DNA of 64,000 bases from Giardia intestinalis. Taxonomy: Eukaryota. The stretch lies in NCBI GenBank assembly GCA_000002435.2, contig CM018791.1; one strand, written 5' to 3'. Both the position numbers and the translations under genes were made by a program. The notes below the pieces were generated by a model. It did not search any database. It was not told where the DNA came from and saw only the letters and a program-made list of their open reading frames with translations. Shown piece by piece: positions 22,643-32,713 of the stretch; the first letter of the stretch is position 1; every line of letters begins with the position of its first letter.

Positions 22643-24818
22643 CGCACAGAGCTGGTTTCAGGCTGCCCGTGAAGGAGATGTAACTTTGCTTTCGGATCAC
22701 ATCAGCTCATATGCTAATCTGCAAGATGACGAGGGGAACACGGCTCTGATGTACGCCGCAAGAGAAGGCAAGATCCAGGCTGTTGACCTGCTCGCTTCCC
22801 TAGAAGCGGGGAAACTTAACAATGCCGATGAGTCGGCGATTATCCTGGCTATTGCGCGGGATTTCTACCCAGTATGTGCGCGTTTGTTCGAGCTAGAGTC
22901 TAAGATGATCCTCCCCAACAACAAAACCCTTCTCATGATTTCTGCGGAGGCAGGAGCTGTGAATTGCACACGCTTTTTAGCGCGATACTATGATGCTGAA
23001 GCAGACAGCTCTGGGAGGACCGCATTGGAGTATGCAGCTGCACGCGGCTCAGCAGAAATAATTCAGATTCTCTTGAATAGAGACACGCGTCTGGGAACTA
23101 GAGAACTTGCGAGAGCCATTGCGGTGACAAGACACGTAGGTCACACAGATCTTGCAGATCTTCTGCAGCTCCACCTTACACAACTGCAGGCCGTTGAAGG
23201 CACTTGTCAGAAGTGTGCACGGCTTCAAGCATACATCACTGCGCTAGAGGAAGAGAACAGAAGAATGTCAGCGAGCAATGCACAATGTATGCAAACAATT
23301 GCAAAGAAGGACCACGAAATAGAACAACTCAAATCCACAGTCAACAATTTACTACTGGACACAGACATGCGAAAAATCTTTGCTATAGGGGACGAGGCCC
23401 ATGTAACCGAACGACAGGGTGTTCACCGCAAGCGCAGAAAAACACTGAACACAAAATCTATGAGGGCAGACCTTTTCAACATTGCTGACGTTGAGATAAA
23501 TGTTGCGGCATTTCTAGACTACATGGCCTACGTGACAAAATTTTACAGATTTTCAGATCTTGCTACTACAGTTAATTCGCTTATGGGGAAATCCCACCGA
23601 GATCACTTACTAGAGAGAAACCCCGAGGATGCAGTGCCTAATCTGGAAAGTGAGATATCCAAAGAGATCGTACGCACGCTTGCCAAGATGCGGGGCTCAG
23701 CATTCAACATCTGCACTGGCATGAAAAACCTGGTGTCTCTCATTGATAGTCAAGTGCAGCTGCAGGACCTGATTTCCAGTGACATACTGGAGCAGTCTCC
23801 TCTGATAGAAGCAGTCATCTCACATGACTTGTCTAAGCTAAGAGAGAACCTCCAATATGTAGGTCTCCGTGATTCCAAGGGAAGAACCGCGCTGATGCAC
23901 GCCAGTGTTTGCGGGACCCGGGACTCTATACTTGTGCTTGCTCCGCTGGAGGCAGGACTCCGTGACTTAGATGGAAAACTCGCCATAGATCACTGTCTGG
24001 AACACAATCGCCTGGATGAGGCCGCGATTGTCCTTCCATACGACATGCCTGAGTACCGAGAACTACCAATAGCGTCATCAGAATTCAACAAGACGCCTCT
24101 CATGTGCGCAGCAGAGGCAGGAAGGCTTCTGGACTGCTTTTGCTACCTGCAGCTAGGGCTAGCACAGCAGCGAGATTACCGACAGTATACAGCGTTGATG
24201 TTTGCCGTAGAGGCTGGTCAGGAAAGCACGGTGAGAATGCTCCTTCGTCAGGAATCAACTTTACGTGACTGCGAAGGACAAACGGCCCTGTACCACGCTG
24301 CCAGTCATGGGCATGCTAGCTGCGTCAAATTGCTAGCCAGTGCAGAGGCCAGGGCCCAACGGCATGAGACAAAATGGACTGCGCTGATGGTGGCTGCTTA
24401 TAATGGTCATGAGGAGTGTGTTCAGGAACTGCTAAGTTACGAAGCCGGAATGCGTGATGTTAATTCCTGCACTGCCCTTATGCTGGCAGCGCAGCGGGGT
24501 CACTTAAATAGCGTGAAGGCACTTCTCAGTGTGGAGGCCCGGAAAACAACAACCAGCGCATACTACCGAGGGGAGGGCTGCACTGCTTTAATGATGGCAG
24601 CATTCTACGGACATAAGGAGTGTGTGAAGGTGCTTCTACCCGCGGAGTACGACTGTGAGAAGCAGTGCATAGACTCAGAGACAAAAAGTACAGCGCTGGA
24701 CTACGCCTGTATCCCGGACAAGGGCGTTTCTCAGGAGACCAAGGAAGAAATCATTAACATCATAGAAACATTTCTTCACGCAGGATCTGAATTCAGCGGC
24801 GCCACTTCCGGATCTTAG
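22623..24818 (+). CDS. Ankyrin-repeat protein with a central coiled coil (Giardia protein 21.1 type), 731 aa
   Basis: There are multiple G-TALM-A ankyrin repeats at both ends. The ATG at 22623 is preceded by gagatatatgaaaATGG. Confidence 0.75.
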   Translation: MKMEIFNAQSWFQAAREGDVTLLSDHISSYANLQDDEGNTALMYAAREGKIQAVDLLASLEAGKLNNADESAIILAIARDFYPVCARLFELESKMILPNNKTLLMISAEAGAVNCTRFLARYYDAEADSSGRTALEYAAARGSAEIIQILLNRDTRLGTRELARAIAVTRHVGHTDLADLLQLHLTQLQAVEGTCQKCARLQAYITALEEENRRMSASNAQCMQTIAKKDHEIEQLKSTVNNLLLDTDMRKIFAIGDEAHVTERQGVHRKRRKTLNTKSMRADLFNIADVEINVAAFLDYMAYVTKFYRFSDLATTVNSLMGKSHRDHLLERNPEDAVPNLESEISKEIVRTLAKMRGSAFNICTGMKNLVSLIDSQVQLQDLISSDILEQSPLIEAVISHDLSKLRENLQYVGLRDSKGRTALMHASVCGTRDSILVLAPLEAGLRDLDGKLAIDHCLEHNRLDEAAIVLPYDMPEYRELPIASSEFNKTPLMCAAEAGRLLDCFCYLQLGLAQQRDYRQYTALMFAVEAGQESTVRMLLRQESTLRDCEGQTALYHAASHGHASCVKLLASAEARAQRHETKWTALMVAAYNGHEECVQELLSYEAGMRDVNSCTALMLAAQRGHLNSVKALLSVEARKTTTSAYYRGEGCTALMMAAFYGHKECVKVLLPAEYDCEKQCIDSETKSTALDYACIPDKGVSQETKEEIINIIETFLHAGSEFSGATSGS

Positions 24819-26985
24819 CTGGGTTCTTGCTCATCTTTCCGCCGCTAAGCGCCAAGTCGTCGATCATCTCGTCAAACTCGTCCTCAGTTATCTTTCCGCC
24901 CTTGAGTAAACTAAGCAAACGGGCCTCTCCAGAAAACTGTGCAGGAACGCGATTTCCGTGTGACAGCGCATGCTGTGTCAGGCTTGTCCGAATTGCCTCC
25001 GTGATCTCGTTGCTTCCCTCCTTGTGTCTCGATAGTTCACGCTCCTGACGCATCTGCTCCCGGGCCTCTTTCTTTCTGGTGGATATGTCTAACTGGACCT
25101 GCCTGCTCTCCTCTCTTTTTGGATTAGAATAGACTATCTTGCTCACATCTATGTCCACCGACTTGAAGTTTATATGCTTTCTGCGAAGTATGTTGTGGTT
25201 GGGGAGCTTCAGCAGGCCAAGCGAGACCGCAAACTCCCCCAGCGGCAGCTTTTCCACATTGAAGATCAGCTTTGCCTCGTTCTCGTTGTAGCCGCTCAGC
25301 CAGGTCTCAAGCGCACGCTGGCAGGATTCGAAGACTTCTCGCTTTTCCGATTGCACCTGCCGTAAGAACTTTGTCAAGTTATGATCATACATATAGTTCT
25401 TCTGCTCTAGGTAGTTCTTTTCTTGCTCCAGAAGAATACTTAGCCGCTTCCTTGCTTCATTCAGCGGGAGCTCTATGGTAGTATGAATTACACTTTGCAT
25501 CTTCTGCACGGCTGTAGTTGTGCTATCAGCGCTTTCTGCAGCCAAGCTTGCTCTCTGTTGATTCGTAGCCAACGCGCGCGTAAGCTTCTTGGTTTTTTGG
25601 GTCAGTTCTTTGATTGATGCTTGAAGTGTGCTAAACTCTTCTGCTGTCAGTGCTGACCGGTCGGGAGAGGCTGGCGGAGATGTAATAAGATTCGTGAACT
25701 CGCAGCCAGGCATGTCAGTGGTGCAGACATCAAAAAGCTGTGCATCCTGCTCACTGGTAAGTTCGCGCAGCGGAACGCCCCTTGTCCGCAGAAGGCTGAC
25801 AATTCCAATCTCCTCGAGGCCTAAAAAGATGCCCGCGTCTCCGCTACGATAGCAGCGCGCTGTACGACCGGCGCGATGGGTGTATGTGGCAATAAGCTTT
25901 GGCGGGTCGAATTGCAGAACATGACTGATGTCGCTAATGTCAAGACCACGGGCCGAGATGTCAGTGGTGAAAAGCACAGCGAACCGCGTATCGGCAAGGA
26001 ACGAGTTATAGTTTTTGATCTTCGTTTCTTGCGACTGCTTGCCGTTGAAGCAATAGATTCCCACCTGCTGGTCAGGTAATAGCTCGAAGATGTGCGTGAA
26101 TGCGAAGCTCATATACTGGGACATAGAGCACGTCATAAAAAAGACGATAAGCTTCTTAGGGCTATCCGCTTTGTGTTGCGAACGCAGAGCGTTTATGTGT
26201 CTCAGCAGCATGTAGAGCTTCTGCTCGTACGGAACCACCTTATACCACATAACGAGGTTCTGTGGGACGATATACATGTCCTGCTCTTTGGCTGCATTAT
26301 ATAGCTTGACAACGTGAGGGTTGCGCATAAGGAGTGCAAGGTCTGCCTCCGTCACAGAATCAAACGTTGCACTGAAAAGGCCCGTGCGGCGCTGCGATGG
26401 AAGCTTTGCTCGGATATAGGGGAAGTCCTTCGACACAATCACCTGATCTGCTTCGTCGATGATAAGAATCTCCAAATCCTTGAGAGAAACGAGGCCGTCG
26501 GCCAAGTAGTACCTGAGCCGGCCGGGAGTGGCAACAACCAAAGGTCTGTCTAGGAGAGAGCCACTAGCCTGATCTATTGGTGCATCCGTGCCTCCTATCA
26601 AGAGCAGCACGTAATGGCGGGATATGATCTGTATGAGAACGTCGTAAATTTGCTGTGCCAGCACCTGCGTCGGAGCAACGATCAAGGCGTGGATATAGCC
26701 AGACCGCGGATCAGATTCATTTAGAGATTCATCTTCTACGTCCAGAAGGCGCGGGATCTTTTCAATCAGTGAAACAATGATCGGAACTAGGTACGCAAAC
26801 GTCTTGCCGGAACCTGTCTCGGCTTGGGCTGCTATATCCTTATGCTGACAGAGCAAGGGAATCGCGCACTCCTGGACTGGTGTCATGTTTGTGAAGCTGA
26901 AGCGGCTCTTCAGGATGTGGAGGAGTGCATCAGGCACCTGTGGAATCGACTTTTTCAGGCTGTCCCACGGGGCGCCAAAGTTCAT
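24793..26985 (-). CDS. DEAD-box ATP-dependent RNA helicase (Spb4/DDX55-like) with a long basic C-terminal extension
   Basis: Q motif FSFTNMTPVQECAIP. Motif I AQAETGSGKT. Motif Ia PTQVLA. Motif Ib TPGRL. Motif II DEAD. Motif III SAT. Motif V ARGLDI. Motif VI HRAGRTAR.

The ORF-track start at 27006 is a TTG; the first ATG (MNFGAPWD) is at 26985. The 3' end overlaps the ankyrin gene by 26 nt. Confidence 0.85.
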   Translation of the reverse strand: MNFGAPWDSLKKSIPQVPDALLHILKSRFSFTNMTPVQECAIPLLCQHKDIAAQAETGSGKTFAYLVPIIVSLIEKIPRLLDVEDESLNESDPRSGYIHALIVAPTQVLAQQIYDVLIQIISRHYVLLLIGGTDAPIDQASGSLLDRPLVVATPGRLRYYLADGLVSLKDLEILIIDEADQVIVSKDFPYIRAKLPSQRRTGLFSATFDSVTEADLALLMRNPHVVKLYNAAKEQDMYIVPQNLVMWYKVVPYEQKLYMLLRHINALRSQHKADSPKKLIVFFMTCSMSQYMSFAFTHIFELLPDQQVGIYCFNGKQSQETKIKNYNSFLADTRFAVLFTTDISARGLDISDISHVLQFDPPKLIATYTHRAGRTARCYRSGDAGIFLGLEEIGIVSLLRTRGVPLRELTSEQDAQLFDVCTTDMPGCEFTNLITSPPASPDRSALTAEEFSTLQASIKELTQKTKKLTRALATNQQRASLAAESADSTTTAVQKMQSVIHTTIELPLNEARKRLSILLEQEKNYLEQKNYMYDHNLTKFLRQVQSEKREVFESCQRALETWLSGYNENEAKLIFNVEKLPLGEFAVSLGLLKLPNHNILRRKHINFKSVDIDVSKIVYSNPKREESRQVQLDISTRKKEAREQMRQERELSRHKEGSNEITEAIRTSLTQHALSHGNRVPAQFSGEARLLSLLKGGKITEDEFDEMIDDLALSGGKMSKNPAKIRKWRR

Positions 26986-27019
26986 TGAATCTCTTTTTTG
27001 CTCCAATAAAACAACTCTG

Positions 27020-28037
27020 TATTATGCGTGCTGCCCCCACCTCGAAGGCGCATGGGCAGGCTGCAAGTCCTCGCTTGGAGCTTGAGGACCTGCTTCTTCA
27101 GTGCAAGCGCGCAGCCTCCCGGACGCCGATGAACAACACTCTGGGAAGGTCTAACGGCCACAGCCGCTCGCTCTTCGAATCTCGCAACTCCATGTATAAT
27201 TCCCTTAAGCCGCTTGTCTCTCGAATCATAGACGAACCTAATCCATCCCTCGCTTTTACTCATAGAATTTGTACGAGCGATATCACCCTTCCGATTCAGT
27301 CTGCCGTTTCTGAGGCGGAGGTAGAAGAGAGCAGAGATTGCATTTCTAGCTCGCTGGTATCCTACAAGCCCAACATAGGTGCCTGTGCCCCCTCACTGCT
27401 GCCTGACGGTGCTATCAGCAGCGGCCTGGGCTCCATCGTTAGCAGCCCGATTCAGATAAGGGCGGCCCAACGACATTCGCCTTCGTTGCGCGCATCGTCT
27501 CCCCTGGTTCTTGCCAAGCCAATGACATGCAGTGCCTCTTCTCAGCTACGTGAGCAGAAGACGCCCATGCCCACTGCTATTTCGCTTATCGACTGCTGCG
27601 GCACTTCCACAGCGCAGCCAGACACAACGCTTCGGCTCTCTTCTCTCTCGTCGCAAAGGCAGGAGGACTCTGGTCCGAGGGCGTCCATGCCAGGGCTGCC
27701 GGGGACCAATAGTCCTGCTCTCTTCTACGTTTTGCGGCTGATCATCTGCCAGCATCACGCCAAGATCATTAGGGCTCGAGTCGATTCCCAGGGATACTAC
27801 CTTTTGGTTCTCAACTCTTCCCACAGTCTTCTGGGCCTTGTCCAAAAGCTTTCTTCGGGCGCACTTGCTAAAGTTTGGGGAAAGGCCTTTGAGATAGACA
27901 AGTTCGCCACGTGTGCGCGCGGAAAGACCTTGTGTGACAGCATGGTCAAGTCGTACATGGTGCTTCGCGACGGCGTGATCTACCTGGAAGACCCGCCAGT
28001 TCAATACACTAACCATACTGTTGGGCTCGTTATTTGA
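27020..28037 (+). CDS. Hypothetical Ser/Pro-rich protein (about 339 aa from the first ATG)
   Basis: The ORF-track start at 26925 is a GTG; the first ATG (MRAAPTSK) is at 27020, 34 bp from the divergent helicase ATG across an AT-rich box. It is low-complexity with no recognisable domain. Confidence 0.5.
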
Positions 28038-28088
28038 TTTTGTTAAGTAATCGGTGTAAATTATTTTGAAGATTCCAGTCAGAATTAC

Positions 28089-31000
28089 TCTTTGAGGCTC
28101 TTACGCTCAACCGCTTGCATGAGCTGATGATGTGCGTCTACGCTATGCTGCAAATCGTTGAACAAGTGCATGGCCTGTTCAGTCGAACTCAGATAGCGGG
28201 GAGACGCGATGGGGTCTGGTGCGGCGGCCATAGAATTAATTTTGGCACGGACGCAGTTGCTACAGGTCTATGTCAAGCTCGTTGAAGGTGGAGAGTGGCT
28301 CATTAACTGCGTTCCCGACGCCTATGCTCAAGCTTCTACTGGCCAGGCCCTCCCCCATGGCTCCTCCCTGCGCGCTCCGCTCCAGTGACGCTCCTCCCTC
28401 GAACTGCTTGCTGTCATAGAAATCCATTTCAGCTCCGCTCATGTTGGCCAAGTAATCAAGAGTAGAGTCGGCCATCCCACCCTCTACCCTGCCGGCGGGC
28501 TTCTTTTCATCGACAAAGTCCATCTCCCAGGCCTCTAGCTTTCTTGTAGTTGGCGTCTTTTGATGCACGCTTTTCTCCTCCAGAAGGTAGTGCGAGTCTG
28601 GGTCGAGATCCTGCATGTCGTCGAGTCGCGGGGCTGTGGAGGGCTTTATAGTGATCTCTGGACTGTCGATAAATTCGTTCAAGGTGTCATCGGGCGGGAT
28701 GATCTTGCGACCAGATGGTTGCAGACTGCGCTGCTGACTACTGGGATGAGGCTCCCCGAGTCCTTGGCCTTGTACAGAGTAGCTATCCGAATAATAGTTG
28801 AGATCCACGTCAGTCATGGGTGCAGACCTTTCATATGACACCGGATTGGGCAGATCATGCGAGGAGCCGTTCGCAATTCTTCCAGATGGGGGAGGCCTTT
28901 GTGCAAAAGAACTAGGAGATGCCCTGGGAGGAGACAATCTATTTATATCATTAGCGCTGCAAAGAGACCCAGACGCTATTGCAGGCTGCTGGGAGATACT
29001 TTGATTTGTAAAAGCGCCGTGCTCGCTTTCCTGAGCTAAGCTCTGCCTCGCAACTGCTCGTTTCCGCAGCGGAGACGTCTTGGCCTGCTCTGGGACCAGT
29101 AGCCCCTGTACTCCTAGCTTTCCAAAGTCAAAGGTGTCGCTGCTGTCATCGGGAACACTGATCTGTGGCCGTGCCAAGCCGCTCTCGGTAAGACTCTGCT
29201 CTAGACTAACATGTGCCATGCTAACACTGGATTGGTTAATATCTTTATCGATCATTGTTTCTGCTGCAAGAGTGGTTGCATTAGTAGGGCGGACAGGGGT
29301 ACCACCCTCAAATCTGCTGAGGGTTAAGCTCCCAACTAGCTCTCCCGCTTCTCGTGCCTGTTGTCGGTGGTGTGCGAGGGACTCTGGGGTCCTATTCGCA
29401 GTGATATTTTGCACATGCTCATCCACATGCGGTTCCTCTTCGAAATAGGAGCCAAGAGTAGCATTCTGGACTGCATAGGATGGATTTGAGGCCACGGATA
29501 TGGCATGCGCCAAAGAGATGTCTAGCTCGCCACTATTTGTTGAATCAGGAATAATGGTTGAGCCTTCGGTAACGTTTTCATCGTTAAAGTCTTCCAGCTC
29601 CATGCTCTCGTTTGTGGGGCCGGTGTAGCTATCAACCCTACTTACATAACCATCATCGTCTACGTCCTGCAGATAATTTTCAGATATTCTCTGATCAGGT
29701 TCTTCTAACTGCACATCGTGGACAGGATCATGAACCTCCACAACGGCTTTCTTCGGGTCTTCGCACTGAAGCTCAAGGTCTGGGGACTCAACAGAGATGA
29801 GTGGTTTGCGCCGTCCGATGGAAGTCGCTAAATCGTTTGAAGACATGCTTCGTTCTGGAGTCTTCTGCTTCGGAGGGTGCTGCTGGATGCACACCGGAGA
29901 TTCGGTCTTCTGGGCCAGGAAGAGAGAGACTGAGCCTAGTGTAGTGTTGCTTGCCTTAGAGGAGTTTCTATCGGGAAGCGCAGAGAATGAGGAAGCGGAC
30001 CGTAGGGCAGGGCTTTCAAATCTGCGGCCAGAAGCAGAACCTAGAGGCTCTATAGGACCACTCTTCCCATAGTATTCCTCAAACTCATTGGGTCGCCGCA
30101 CATATGAAGTGTGTGCACGCTTCTCAACAGATGATGTGATGCGCTTGTAACTAGACTCTGCAAGGGAGTTTCCTGGCCGCGGAGTTACGCGACTTTCTTC
30201 CTCAGACTCCCTCTTTCGAGGCCCGGTGCTCCGACCAAGGGATCTAGGAACCACCGGCTGGAGAATCATCGGTTCCGCCAATGAGTCCGTAATTGATGGA
30301 CCACAGTCTTCACGCTCGGAGGCAGATGGCTTGCGTGACTTTTCACTACGAGGTGGTATTCTTGGAGGAGATTGGTTTGCATTCACAATAGATCCTCGTC
30401 GCTGTGACACCCCCGAGAGCGTGGGAGTGTTAGCTTCACTGGCAGTTAAAGTGGCTTCTTGAAGACTAACTTTATCCATAAATGCCCCAGATATCTCCAT
30501 CACCAATGCATCGATCTCCTCTCGGTACAGGTACCCCTTAGAGCCGGCATACATAAGCTTACCGTGCACACTCTGAAGGATCGCGCGTATCTTCTTGCTA
30601 TATGCTACTAGCTCATTGACACGGCGTTTGAGCCGCACACGGTCAGCGGCGAGAGATACTTGCTCTTCTTCAAGTTTAGCTAGCGCGGCCCGCAACGTTG
30701 CATTGTCTGCGCTGAGGGTCTCAATCTTCTCAACAAGATGGTCTGATGTTTGGGATGGATGAGACATCATCCTAGACTGGAGCTCTGAGAGGTCGGACGC
30801 CAACTGATCGGATCTCTGCCGAAGCAGGATCTCCTCGTTCTCCTTTTCTCGCAGAGTCCTCTTCAAGTTTGTGATTTCGATGACGTACTTCTCGTTGAGG
30901 ACATGCAGGTCTTCCGTTGGGTCGGTGGGAATAATTGTTGTGATCACTGGAGCGTTGTGTTGCACGCTAACGGGGGACTGGCTGCGTAGCTCGCTGATGA

Positions 31001-31516
31001 GGAGGTCCTTCTCCCTCAGCTCCTCCCGGAGCCGCGTGCTTTCTGCCAGCGCCTTCTGCGCCTGTGCACTACACTCAGAGAGCTGGGAGACCTTTGCAGA
31101 CAGGTCCTCCACGATTGCCTGCAGGCGCTTGTTCTCCTCCTCGTACGCTGGCAGGGGTTGCGACGCGCCCCGGGGGGCAGAGATGGTCGACCCTGCGCGC
31201 GGTGGCAGGTCTGTGCTCGGCTCGTCGGGGTGGAGGCTCAGGGCCCCGAACACGCCCTCCGAAGCTGCGCTCAGGGGCCGCCGGCCGTCCTGCGTAACGC
31301 TGATCTCGGTTGCAGAGTCCGCCTGCATCTGTAGCTGCTTGCTCTGGGCCTCCAGCTCGAGGACGCTGGCCTTTGTCATCAGGTGCAAGGCCCGGGACTG
31401 CAGCTCCCTCAAGTTTACTGCAAGCAGCTCCCTCTGTTTCTGGACCGTCTTGTACTCGAACTCCAGCTTCAGGTGGTCGCTGGACAGCACGGACAGCCGG
31501 GTCTGCAGTTCCTGCG
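28089..31516. repeat. IR2 left arm (3428 bp inverted copy of 47128..50555)
   Basis: Junctions were determined base-by-base by reverse-complement comparison (coordinates sum to 78644). The translated ORFs differ at one residue (V versus M). Confidence 0.9.
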
Positions 31517-31523
31517 TGATCAA
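28260..31523 (-). pseudogene. 5'-truncated inverted copy of the coiled-coil gene at 46584..50384, lacking the first ~180 codons
   Basis: The 1087-aa translation equals residues 181 to 1266 of the 1266-aa protein. Its start is a TTG immediately after a TAA created at the duplication junction, and the first in-frame ATG is at codon 48. Confidence 0.6.
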
Positions 31524-31702
31524 TTAGCAATGCCAATACCGATTAGCAGAGACGTTTACTCAGATCAGAAAGGTATAGCCTACAAGGTAGAAGGCGCGCA
31601 GTAGACATATGACAAGATACTTCCATGTTTAGTGGATTTGTAGAAGAAGGGGGCTATTGAAATCTGCGGCGCACCCTAATAATCTTCATTTTAAAAAAGT
31701 GA

Positions 31703-32398
31703 ATGGACTTTGACTTCAATGCTCCGGCACAGCAAGCCCCTGGAGACCCGTTCGCTCTTCCTCAGCAAAGCTCCGAATCAGCCCCCAAGAAGAAACAATC
31801 GAAGTGCAATTTAGAGCATGTGGTGGTCTACTCCTTTTTCATCATACTTAAGTCTGCTTCTCCTGTGTTAGCTATTGTTATGCTTGGAATAGATTTGGGC
31901 GTGGTAAAACTCCTTCCCCCTGCTATGCTACTTACTGTGATGGACGAGTGGTTTACGCATCACATCGCTGGCAGACGTATGGTGCGTCTTCGCTATCATA
32001 TCTACGGAGTTGATGGAAAGTCTTACATTCATTATGAATACGACACGCAGACAAAGGCCAACAAGTGCGAGGCCATAACGTTCTGGACGTTTCTCTGGGT
32101 GCTCCCTTTATTCTGGGTAATAGTTCTCATAATTAACATTGTCTCGTCCACAATAAAGATAATAACATTCAAATTTAACGCTACTATCATACTATACGCG
32201 ATTTCACAGGGCATATTTAGTTGTTTCTCCATCTACAAGTTCATGATGACGCGCGTAGCTCGTTCAGCAAAGATCAGAGAAGAAAGGAGGACGGGTAGAA
32301 CAGCTCCCGCTCCCATATCTGCCCCTCAGAATAACGACTACACTGCCCCTCAGCCCCAGCAACAGCAACAGCAACAGCCTGATCAATTTGTGTTTTAG
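31703..32398 (+). CDS. Hypothetical multi-pass membrane protein with a C-terminal poly-Q (231 aa)
   Basis: There are four hydrophobic segments, a C-terminal QPQQQQQQQP tract, and an ATG preceded by cattttaaaaaagtga. Confidence 0.55.
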   Translation: MDFDFNAPAQQAPGDPFALPQQSSESAPKKKQSKCNLEHVVVYSFFIILKSASPVLAIVMLGIDLGVVKLLPPAMLLTVMDEWFTHHIAGRRMVRLRYHIYGVDGKSYIHYEYDTQTKANKCEAITFWTFLWVLPLFWVIVLIINIVSSTIKIITFKFNATIILYAISQGIFSCFSIYKFMMTRVARSAKIREERRTGRTAPAPISAPQNNDYTAPQPQQQQQQQPDQFVF

Positions 32399-32713
32399 TA
32401 AATGGCTCCGTGGCTTGGTCGCTAGAAGCCCTATTTCCATATGACAGTATTGAATCTTGTGACACATAGTCGGCTCCTTCTTTCTTGGAAGGTAAGGAAG
32501 CCAAGTGGATACGCCGGCAACAAGTTTGGAATAGCACAGGTTGCTGGGCAAAGAAGAATAGCAATACAACTGACTGGCCAGAAAAAGAAGCACAGGTTCG
32601 TCGGAACGTCAGCTCGATCACAACGCTACGGAGGTGTTAACAAAAAACGAACGACGCAGTATGAGTGCTAAAAGAAGTTGGCCCTCGGTAATTAGCCAAG
32701 AGGGAAGCCGCTG

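Noticed and set aside
28560-31536. Internal and antisense ORFs within the coiled-coil gene copies (for example 30871..31527, 31075..31536, 29080..29448 and their mirrors at 47073..50084)
   Set aside because: These are shadow ORFs in GC-rich coding DNA. They are duplicated only because the host gene is duplicated.
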